DNA from: Candidatus Sumerlaeaceae bacterium
Lineage (GTDB): Bacteria; Sumerlaeota; Sumerlaeia; Sumerlaeales; Sumerlaeaceae
Reading direction: 5' to 3'
Length of the DNA stretch: 64,000 nucleotides
NCBI GenBank assembly: GCA_051003195.1
Contig: JBPCLP010000045.1
Coordinates: 96,001-160,000, forward strand
Shown here: positions 56,577-64,000 of the stretch, piece after piece
Layout: every line of letters begins with the position of its first letter
Position numbering within the stretch: position 1 is the first letter of the stretch
Notes under the pieces: generated by a model
What the model saw: the letters and a program-made list of their open reading frames with translations, nothing else
Told to the model about the DNA's origin: nothing
Database searches by the model: none
Position numbers and translations under genes: made by a program

Positions 56577-57206
56577 TTACTCACCCCGATAACCCTGCTT
56601 AACTGTTTGGTAGCTGACGACGTTTGTCGGAATGCCGTGCTTTTCAAAGCGCTTTTCGTAGCCCGTTTTGACAGCCAGAAGCTCAGCCGGTGGAACGATG
56701 CGTTCGAGTTCCGGGCGGGCATCCAGTAATGCCGCGGTCGTGGTGAAATAATCCGGCACATCTGTGCGGAAATGCAGCAAGCCACCTGTCATGATAGATT
56801 TAATTATCAGGTCCAGATTCTCTGCATGAACCAATAGCCGTCGGTTGGTGTGTCGTTGTTTTGGCCATGGATCTGGAAAGTACACATGTACCGAGTGCAG
56901 CGATTCCCCGCGCACATACTCACGGAGAAAATGACGTATCTCGACATTAAGTATCCGCACATTGGAAAGCTGCGCGCGTTTTACTTTGGTCACGATTTTG
57001 CGCAGCACAACAAGCTTGCGTTCGACGGCAATAAAGTTCGTTTCCGGGCGCGATGCAGCGTACTGGACAATGAAATCCCCTCGGCCAGCACCGATTTCCA
57101 GTTCAACGGGTGCTTCGCGACCGAACAATTCCGTGTAATTGAGTGGCCCCTGCAGGTCGCCGAGCGTCTTGTAGCCGCTGTCAGCGTGAGGCAAAGAAAT
57201 GATCAC
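56577..57206 (-). CDS. trmB: tRNA (guanine-N7)-methyltransferase
   Basis: LEIGAGRG, YFPDPWPKQRH, RTD, TGYEKRF. Confidence 0.93.
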   Translation of the reverse strand: MIISLPHADSGYKTLGDLQGPLNYTELFGREAPVELEIGAGRGDFIVQYAASRPETNFIAVERKLVVLRKIVTKVKRAQLSNVRILNVEIRHFLREYVRGESLHSVHVYFPDPWPKQRHTNRRLLVHAENLDLIIKSIMTGGLLHFRTDVPDYFTTTAALLDARPELERIVPPAELLAVKTGYEKRFEKHGIPTNVVSYQTVKQGYRGE

Positions 57207-57586
57207 GCAGGAAGGACGCCACTGAGGCCAGCCAGTATTTCAGGGGGCAGGTTGCTCTTGTCCAGGATCAGGCATTCCGACTGCTGCTCGAGTAGCTGCG
57301 CGGCGATCATTAGCACGCAACGGTGCACGCCCTCGTTGCGTTCGATGCGCATGGTCGGATCAACGCGTACCGTCACGCTGCCCTGCTTTTGTTCGGTGCG
57401 AATGTAGAAATCCTGCGAAAATCCCGAACGCACTGCCGTGCAGTCGAAAAGGAGCTTGCTGGTATCGCTGCTGAGATAGCAGCAGCGAAGTTTCAGTATC
57501 CAGCCGGCTTCATTGCGCTGGCATGGTTGAAAACAGCTAATGAAGCGGGAAAGGTCGGCCTGCCCTTTTAGGATCACGTGCGGCAA
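57203..57586 (-). CDS. Hypothetical protein
   Basis: TTG start with AGGAG RBS (MPHVILKG...); stop overlaps trmB start. Confidence 0.7.
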   Translation of the reverse strand: MPHVILKGQADLSRFISCFQPCQRNEAGWILKLRCCYLSSDTSKLLFDCTAVRSGFSQDFYIRTEQKQGSVTVRVDPTMRIERNEGVHRCVLMIAAQLLEQQSECLILDKSNLPPEILAGLSGVLPA

Positions 57587-57762
57587 CTGGTAACTCCTGT
57601 AAACGCTGAGGCTCTGCATGCGAGCCTGGTCGTAATATTCTGAAGGAGACAATGCATTTAGGTTCTCGCACAATGAATTACATATGCGGGTAGACCCGAC
57701 CTCCGCCCGCCGCTTTGCGGAAGAATCTTGAACGTTCGGTAAATGTTGGACTGGATCCGAAA

Positions 57763-58314
57763 ATGCGCATTATTGCAGGCCAGCGAAAAGGCTTTGTGTT
57801 GGCGGCACCGAAGGGCGAAGCAACGCGGCCTACACTCAGCCGCGTGCGCGAGTCCGTATTTTCAATTCTTGGTGCGCAGCTCATCGATGCGCAAATTGTG
57901 GATCTTTTTGCAGGGGCCGGAACCCTTGGTCTTGAAGCCTTAAGTCGCGGTGCAGCACATTGTACATTCGTAGAAACTGCGCGGGATGCGCTCGTTACGT
58001 TACGCGCGAATGTCGAGAACCTTGACTACGAGCAGCAATCGGAGATCTTTCAACAAAACGCGATCACCTGGGCCACCTCGTCGCAATTTCGAGCACAGCC
58101 CCACGTGATTTTCGCCGATCCTCCGTATCACGAGACACTCGCGCAGAAAACGTTGGAAGCGCTTCTTTCGAATCCGCAATTACCCCCGGACATGCTGCTG
58201 GTGTTGCAATGTGGAAAGCGCGATGAAATCAGCCACGTGAGCGGGCGACTCTCCCACTTTCGGACCGAGAAATATGGAGAGACAATTGTGCACTTTTTTA
58301 CTTCCAATCCTTAA
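57763..58314 (+). CDS. rsmD: 16S rRNA m2G966 methyltransferase
   Basis: MRIIAG, TRPT..RVRESVF, DLFAGAG.LGLEALSRGA, DPPY. Confidence 0.94.
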   Translation: MRIIAGQRKGFVLAAPKGEATRPTLSRVRESVFSILGAQLIDAQIVDLFAGAGTLGLEALSRGAAHCTFVETARDALVTLRANVENLDYEQQSEIFQQNAITWATSSQFRAQPHVIFADPPYHETLAQKTLEALLSNPQLPPDMLLVLQCGKRDEISHVSGRLSHFRTEKYGETIVHFFTSNP

Positions 58315-58396
58315 ACAGCTATGAGAAAAGCCGTGTTCAAGGATCACATTCCCGTGGGTTACATCGCTATCGCTGCAGAGGATTGGGAGAGTTACG

Positions 58397-58894
58397 ATGG
58401 AGCATTCTTACCAGGCGGAAGGACTACTTGTCGTCGCACGAACCTATTTTGAAAAAGGTTTCGAGGCGCAAAGGCAGGGCGATTTTGTTGCGGCTCTGGG
58501 CTGCTACCAGAAATCGATAGAGACACGTGCCTCAGCCGAGGCATACTGTTACATGGGTTGGACTTACAGCTTTCTTGGCCAGTACGAAAAGGCGATTCGC
58601 GCATGCATGAAGGCGATCGAAGTCGACCCGGACTTTGGCAATCCCTACAACGACATCGGCGCCTACCTGATCGAAATGGGCCGGTACGAAGATTCGCTGC
58701 CGTGGCTTCGTAAGGCGACACGTGCGCAGCGCTATGAATGCGCGCACTACCCTTGGTACAACATGGGTAAAGTTTATGAGCGGACCGGCAATTTGGGACG
58801 CGCCCGGGACGCCTACGCGCGAGCGCTCCATGTGTACAGGGGCTATCCGCTGGCCGTGGAAGCACTGATAAGGGTACTGGCAGCGCTCAACTAA
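58397..58894 (+). CDS. Tetratricopeptide-repeat protein
   Basis: AEAYCYMGW, DPDFGNPYNDIGAYL, PWYNMG. Confidence 0.88.
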   Translation: MEHSYQAEGLLVVARTYFEKGFEAQRQGDFVAALGCYQKSIETRASAEAYCYMGWTYSFLGQYEKAIRACMKAIEVDPDFGNPYNDIGAYLIEMGRYEDSLPWLRKATRAQRYECAHYPWYNMGKVYERTGNLGRARDAYARALHVYRGYPLAVEALIRVLAALN

Positions 58895-58984
58895 ATGCCG
58901 ACCGAAGCAATCGGCAGCTGGCTCGAAGTGTAAAAGTATTTACTCCAGGATGACTGCCACACTATTGTCCGGCTTTTCTGCGGG

Positions 58985-59473
58985 TTAGCTGCGGAACTTT
59001 ATATCCCGCGCCGAATAGACACGGTCGATAAAGAGAATGCCGTCGAGATGATCAATCTCGTGCTGAAGGATGACGGCTTCGAATCCTTCAGCGATGAAAC
59101 TGATCGGTGAGCCGTCGGGAAGCGTTCCATCAATGCTGATCTCATTCGCGCGCGAAACACGTGCAACCAGGTCGGGAATTGATAGGCACCCTTCCCGGAA
59201 ACTTGTCTGTCCTTCAGATGCACAAATCTCAGGATTCAACAGCACCAGCCGACCATGGTTCGCCACTGGGCGCTTAGCACGGGTCGCGTCAACGGCGATA
59301 ATACGCACAGACTCGCCAATCTGCGGCGCGGCAATGCCGACTCCCGTATGGTTGTCGAGAGTATCCAACAGATCCTGGATGATCGCAGCGGTTGTTTCTG
59401 TACCCGGCAACGCGTCAGCCGCTTTCTCCCGCAGCAGCGCATCCGGATAGAGCACAATCTCGCGAACGGGCAC
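58985..59473 (-). CDS. def: Peptide deformylase
   Basis: GIAAPQIG, EGCLS, QHEIDHLDG. Confidence 0.96.
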   Translation of the reverse strand: MPVREIVLYPDALLREKAADALPGTETTAAIIQDLLDTLDNHTGVGIAAPQIGESVRIIAVDATRAKRPVANHGRLVLLNPEICASEGQTSFREGCLSIPDLVARVSRANEISIDGTLPDGSPISFIAEGFEAVILQHEIDHLDGILFIDRVYSARDIKFRS

Positions 59474-59525
59474 GACTAGCGCCCGATTTTAAATTGCGAA
59501 TTGGAAATTGTAAATTGTAAGAACA

Positions 59526-60065
59526 TCACATGTCCTGATGCTCGACGGCTTCGAGGCGGACTTCGATACCAAGTTCGCGTCCGATAAGCTCGAGATCGGC
59601 GCGAAGCGCGTCCGGGTTTGCTGCCCCGATAGCCGCTTCAATGCGCACCATATACACCGGAACCTTGGTACGGTCAAGCAGCCGTGTGGTCATTTCCAGG
59701 ATGTTCACGTTATGCGAGGCGAGCGTCTGCGAAAGCGCGGCCACGATACCGGTGCGGTTAGGTCCCGAAGCTGATACATAAATGTCGGGTTCCGGCTCGT
59801 CCTCGTGCTCGACCGCCGCTTCAAGGTGAATGTGTAGACCGAACTTCGTCGCGATTTCCTCGAGGCGCATTCGCAACCGTGATTCATCGCCCCCGCGCGC
59901 GAGCAGCATCGTGGTAAAGTTCCCAGACAGGCGCGTCATGGACACATCTTCAAGATCTACGTCTTCGTCTGCAAAGACACGCGAGACAGCGGCGACGAGC
60001 CCAGGTCGGTCGGGGCCGGTGACAGTAACAATGCGGCGTGCTAAACGTTGCGATTCATTCGTCAT
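59526..60065 (-). CDS. Double ACT-domain protein (GcvR-like)
   Basis: VTGPDRPGLVAAVS and SGPNRTGIVAALS. Confidence 0.85.
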   Translation of the reverse strand: MTNESQRLARRIVTVTGPDRPGLVAAVSRVFADEDVDLEDVSMTRLSGNFTTMLLARGGDESRLRMRLEEIATKFGLHIHLEAAVEHEDEPEPDIYVSASGPNRTGIVAALSQTLASHNVNILEMTTRLLDRTKVPVYMVRIEAAIGAANPDALRADLELIGRELGIEVRLEAVEHQDM

Positions 60066-60189
60066 GCTTTTTCCCAACCGCCAATGATCGCAAATGCACG
60101 CCAATTCTTATCAAACTCGAGCTTGGGGCGTCCCAGCGATTCGATCACATTTTCTTGCACGCCCCGATGCTGCCCCGCGAAATCCGACT

Positions 60190-60756
60190 ATGCCCAACAA
60201 CGAACCATTGCTTCCCTCCACCTGGACCACTTCCCGCCTCCATATGCGTCCACCCTCGCTGGATGATGCGGAACCAATCTTCGCGGCGTATTCGTCCGAT
60301 CCGGAAGTGACACGATATCTCAGTTTCAAGTGCGCCCGGGAAGTTCAGGAAACTCGCGAGTTTCTCGAAAAAGTTGCCATTCCAAGAAGCGAAGATCGGC
60401 ATGACGGCAGCCACTACATGATTACCGACATTCATACCGGCGAATTAATGGGCTCTATCAACACGAGCATCTTCGGTATAAAAGCTGAAGTTGGCTACGT
60501 ACTTGCCCGGAGATTCTGGAACCAGGGCTACATGACCGAAGCACTGTCAGGCCTGCTTCATCTGCTTTTTCAAAACGAAACCATTCATCGTGTGCAGGCG
60601 TTTCACGACGCCGAAAACACTGCCTCCGGACGCGTCATGGAAAAATGCGGAATGCAGCGCGAAGGGCGGCTACGGAAATATGCCGTTCATCCCAACGTAA
60701 GCACCGAACCCGGAGACTGCTACATGTGGGCAATCGTGCGCGGCGACCAACCGTAG
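60190..60756 (+). CDS. GNAT N-acetyltransferase (RimJ/RimL-like)
   Basis: EVGY.L...WNQGYMTEA, NTASGRVMEKCGM.REG. Confidence 0.9.
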   Translation: MPNNEPLLPSTWTTSRLHMRPPSLDDAEPIFAAYSSDPEVTRYLSFKCAREVQETREFLEKVAIPRSEDRHDGSHYMITDIHTGELMGSINTSIFGIKAEVGYVLARRFWNQGYMTEALSGLLHLLFQNETIHRVQAFHDAENTASGRVMEKCGMQREGRLRKYAVHPNVSTEPGDCYMWAIVRGDQP

Positions 60757-60886
60757 ACTTTCGTATAGAAATCGATCGCTTTGAGCCGCGTTGACAGCGC
60801 AACTCGTCTAAAATAACCACAGCCCGCGATCAGGCACCCGAATACCAGGCAGTGCTTTCGTTTACCCGGAACCCTGAACCCTGGTA

Positions 60887-60927
60887 TTACGCCGGTGCTC
60901 CCGCCAGTTCGCGTTCGGCCCGCTGCT
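60887..60927 (-). pseudogene. Displaced, synonymously diverged copy of the gltB 3' end
   Basis: Encodes [12 protein letters not shown] exactly as 62076-62114; 6 differences in 39 nt, all synonymous. Confidence 0.9.
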
Positions 60928-61366
60928 AGACGCTGATGCAATGGAGGGGCTGCGACCGCTGCCTCCGAATCTCCCGCTGGGCAATTTCGTTATATCGTTT
61001 CTGGGAGGGCCTGCGCACCCAGTTTCCCGATGCCTCAGCACCGGCGACAGCGTGGGGCAGTTTCGTGTAATACATGCGCCTGGACATACTGAAGGCCACT
61101 CTGTGCTTTTTCGCGAAAACGACGGCGTGCTGATCGCCGGAGACGTCCTTGCGAACATCAATTTTGTAACTGGAGCAGTTGGACTACGCGAGCCACCGCA
61201 TGTGTTTTCTACGGACTGGCGACAGAACCGCGAGTCGGTACAAATCGTCTTAGATCTCGAGCCAGGCGTAATCTGCTTTGGACATGGGCCGCCGCTTGAG
61301 GATATGCAGAAACTACGGAGCTTTTGCAGAAAGCTCGAAACGAATCCGCCCGCTGTACAACCTTAA
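60928..61366 (+). pseudogene. 5'-truncated MBL-fold metallohydrolase
   Basis: HAPGHTEGH, IAGD, FGHG present; no HxHxDH half; upstream sequence is the gltB-end copy, with an in-frame TGA at 60875. Confidence 0.75.
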
Positions 61367-62055
61367 ACCCGAACGGCATTATCCTTAATTACGTTGGTCT
61401 CAAAACCCCGCCGAACCTTTTCGACGCCGCCATACGGGATGTACCAATCCGGCCCATGCTCCATCACGTAGAAGGGCCCCCAGCTAATAAATTCGTCAAA
61501 GTCAATTGAGACGCCCGGCAGCACCGTGATATCGACACGACCGAGCAGAGGCTTGATCGCAGGCTCACCGTACTTTCCGGACTCATTCAACAGCCGGATC
61601 GTGAGCACCTTATCATCCGGGTGAATAGTCCAGTACTCGCGCACGCGGTGGCGTTCATATAAACGAACTTTGTGCATTTGATCTTTGTAACTTGTATGTG
61701 GTGAGAGGATCTCAATGATGAAATCGGGCGCGCCGCGGCAGCCTTTGTCATCCAGCTTCTTCGCGTCACACACGACGCTGATGTCCGGCTGCACAACGGA
61801 CGTTATAAATTGGTCACGCTCATTGTTCTCAGCCAGTCTAACGTCAAACGAAGCAAGGTATACCTTACACTCTTTACCTTTAAGTGCTGCATGGATCTGC
61901 ACGTGCAGTTCGCCTAAAATCCTCTGGTGCTCTGGCGTTGGAGCGGGCGACATGTCGAAGATCTGCCCGTTAATCAGCTCAACGCGGACATCCGCTGGCC
62001 AGTTTTCATAGTCGGCGAAAGTAAAGCCAAGTCGGGGTTCTGGTACGGCTGACAC
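61363..62055 (-). CDS. Uma2 family (PD-(D/E)xK) endonuclease
   Basis: ELING...PAP...HQ, VQPDISV, GAPDFIIEILSP, K..LY...VREYW; GTG start with AAGGAG RBS. Confidence 0.92.
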   Translation of the reverse strand: MSAVPEPRLGFTFADYENWPADVRVELINGQIFDMSPAPTPEHQRILGELHVQIHAALKGKECKVYLASFDVRLAENNERDQFITSVVQPDISVVCDAKKLDDKGCRGAPDFIIEILSPHTSYKDQMHKVRLYERHRVREYWTIHPDDKVLTIRLLNESGKYGEPAIKPLLGRVDITVLPGVSIDFDEFISWGPFYVMEHGPDWYIPYGGVEKVRRGFETNVIKDNAVRV

Positions 62056-62075
62056 TAGTGTCTCCTTTCTGCCAC

Positions 62076-64000
62076 TTACGCGGGCGCGCCCGCCAACTCG
62101 CGTTCGGCCCGTTGTTCCTCTTCCTCCAGCATACGTAGAGCACGTTTGTAGTCCCGCGGCATCACCTTGATGAAGCGACCGAGATTTGCATCCCATTCCG
62201 CGAGGATCGCGGCTGCCTTGGTGCTCCCGGTGTACTCCACGTGGCGCTCGATCAGCGTGCGCAGGCGGTTAATGTCATCCTGCTGGATAAGTTCCTCCAG
62301 CTCGACAATACCCATGTTGCAGCGCCGGTCGAACTGGCCGTCCTCATCGAACACATAAGCGATTCCGCCGCTCATACCGGCAGCGAAATTGCGCCCTGTT
62401 TTCCCGAGTACCACCGCAAAACCGCCGGTCATGTATTCGCACCCGTGGTCACCGGTGCCCTCAACCACGCAGATTGCGCCGCTGTTGCGCACGGCGAAGC
62501 GCTCCCCTGCCAGCCCACGCACAAAAACCTCACCGCCTGTTGCGCCGTAAAGGCACGTGTTGCCGATGATGATGTTTTCCTCAGCTTTAAAAGTCGCTTC
62601 CTTTGGCGGGAAGATTACGACGCGCCCGCCAGAAATACCTTTGCACACGTAATCATTGGCATCGCCTTCAAGCGTCATCGAAATCCCGCGGTGCAGAAAA
62701 GCGCCAAAGCTCTGGCCTGCGGAACCTTTGAAATTAAAGTTAATGGTGTCGGGCGGGAGCCCTTCTGCCTCGTACTTCTGCGCGACCCTGCCACTGAGCA
62801 TTGTACCGACAGTTCGATTCGTGTTCGTGATCGGCAGATCCACATCGACCCGTTCCCCGCGCTCCAGTGCCGGGGCTGCCAGCTCAATCAGCTTGTTATC
62901 GAGCGAGTATTGCAGGCCGTGGTCCTGTTCCATCACACGGTGACGCGGAACTTCAGGCCCCGCTTCCGGCTGATGCAGGATCTGGCTGAAGTCCAGCCCT
63001 TGTGCCTTCCAGTGTTCGATTGCCTCTTGCGTCTCCAGCATGTCGCTGCGGCCAACCATCTCCGCAACGGTGCGGAAGCCCAGCTCCGCCATAATCTCTC
63101 GCAGCTCCATCGCAACAAATGTGAAGAAGTTAATAACATACTCGGGCTTGCCGGCGAACTTCGCACGCAGTACAGGATCCTGGGTGGCAATGCCAACCGG
63201 GCACGTATTCAGATGGCACTTGCGCATCATGATACACCCGCTGGCTACCAGCGGCGCGGTTGCACAGCCCCATTCCTCTGCTCCCAGAAGCGCAGCAATC
63301 GCCACGTCACGGCCCGTCTTAAGCTGCCCGTCACACTGCACCACGATTCGTCCTCGCAGGTCGTTCATCACGAGCACCTGTTGAGTCTCCGCAAGCCCAA
63401 GCTCCCATGGTACACCCGCATGCTTGATGGAAGTGAGCGGAGAAGCCCCAGTACCACCGTCGTGCCCGGAAATCAGCACAACGTCGGAATGCGCCTTTGC
63501 GACGCCGGCAGCGACCGTCCCGACGCCAACTTCTGCTACCAGCTTGACGCTGATGCGCGCACGCGGATTTGCATTCTTGAGATCATGGATGAGCTGCGCC
63601 AGGTCTTCGATGGAATAGATGTCATGATGCGGCGGCGGCGAAATGAGCCCCACTCCTGGTGTCGAATGCCGCAACCACCCGATGTACTTGTCTACCTTAT
63701 GGCCAGGCAACTGCCCGCCCTCGCCCGGCTTTGCACCCTGCGCCATCTTGATCTGCAGTTCTTCTGCATTCTGAAGATAATAAGCAGTCACGCCGAAACG
63801 CGCACTCGCCACCTGTTTGATAGCAGAGCGACGCCACTTGCCATCCGCGTCAGGCTTGAAGCGATTGTAGTCCTCGCCGCCCTCGCCCGTGTTCGACTTC
63901 GCCCCCATCGCGTTCATCGCGATAGCAAGGTTCTCGTGCGCTTCCTTGCCAATCGATCCCAGACTCATCGCGCCGGTCGCGAAACGTTTGATGATGTCAG
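62076..64000 (-). CDS. gltB: Glutamate synthase large subunit, C-terminal part (5' end outside window)
   Basis: [56 protein letters not shown] domain. Confidence 0.98.
   Translation of the reverse strand, partial: DIIKRFATGAMSLGSIGKEAHENLAIAMNAMGAKSNTGEGGEDYNRFKPDADGKWRRSAIKQVASARFGVTAYYLQNAEELQIKMAQGAKPGEGGQLPGHKVDKYIGWLRHSTPGVGLISPPPHHDIYSIEDLAQLIHDLKNANPRARISVKLVAEVGVGTVAAGVAKAHSDVVLISGHDGGTGASPLTSIKHAGVPWELGLAETQQVLVMNDLRGRIVVQCDGQLKTGRDVAIAALLGAEEWGCATAPLVASGCIMMRKCHLNTCPVGIATQDPVLRAKFAGKPEYVINFFTFVAMELREIMAELGFRTVAEMVGRSDMLETQEAIEHWKAQGLDFSQILHQPEAGPEVPRHRVMEQDHGLQYSLDNKLIELAAPALERGERVDVDLPITNTNRTVGTMLSGRVAQKYEAEGLPPDTINFNFKGSAGQSFGAFLHRGISMTLEGDANDYVCKGISGGRVVIFPPKEATFKAEENIIIGNTCLYGATGGEVFVRGLAGERFAVRNSGAICVVEGTGDHGCEYMTGGFAVVLGKTGRNFAAGMSGGIAYVFDEDGQFDRRCNMGIVELEELIQQDDINRLRTLIERHVEYTGSTKAAAILAEWDANLGRFIKVMPRDYKRALRMLEEEEQRAERELAGAPA

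Overview
GC-rich bacterial chromosomal window of about 55 CDS, mostly housekeeping (hflX, clpP, purF, rpmE, hisA/hisF, trxA, ubiE/menG, pdp, trmB, rsmD, def, 3' part of gltB). These are mixed with transporters, three GT-C-type membrane glycosyltransferases, two sulfatases, a lyase-glycosidase fusion, a fused Fe-S/Mo hydroxylase, an OmpR/PhoR/YycJ cluster, a pilin-like gene and a VapBC-type toxin-antitoxin pair. The pilin style and a C-terminal 'AxxDWxL' tail suggest a Sumerlaeota (BRC1)-like diderm (recollection, not verified). No rRNA, tRNA, CRISPR array, integrase or transposase was recognised. Main unexplained structure: (1) the last 13 codons of gltB recur 1.19 kb downstream with only synonymous changes, bracketing a Uma2 gene and a 5'-truncated MBL gene; (2) a ~90-96 bp dispersed element with a covarying hairpin and YTAG-like boundaries at five loci; (3) a shared C-terminal DWxL motif that may be a sorting signal; (4) a GTAG-type REP palindrome translated in frame inside the Mo-hydroxylase; (5) a 3x ~92 bp pyrimidine-rich tandem repeat. 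Start codons were adjusted by eye (RBS, family N-termini) and all family calls come from motif recognition, not database searches.
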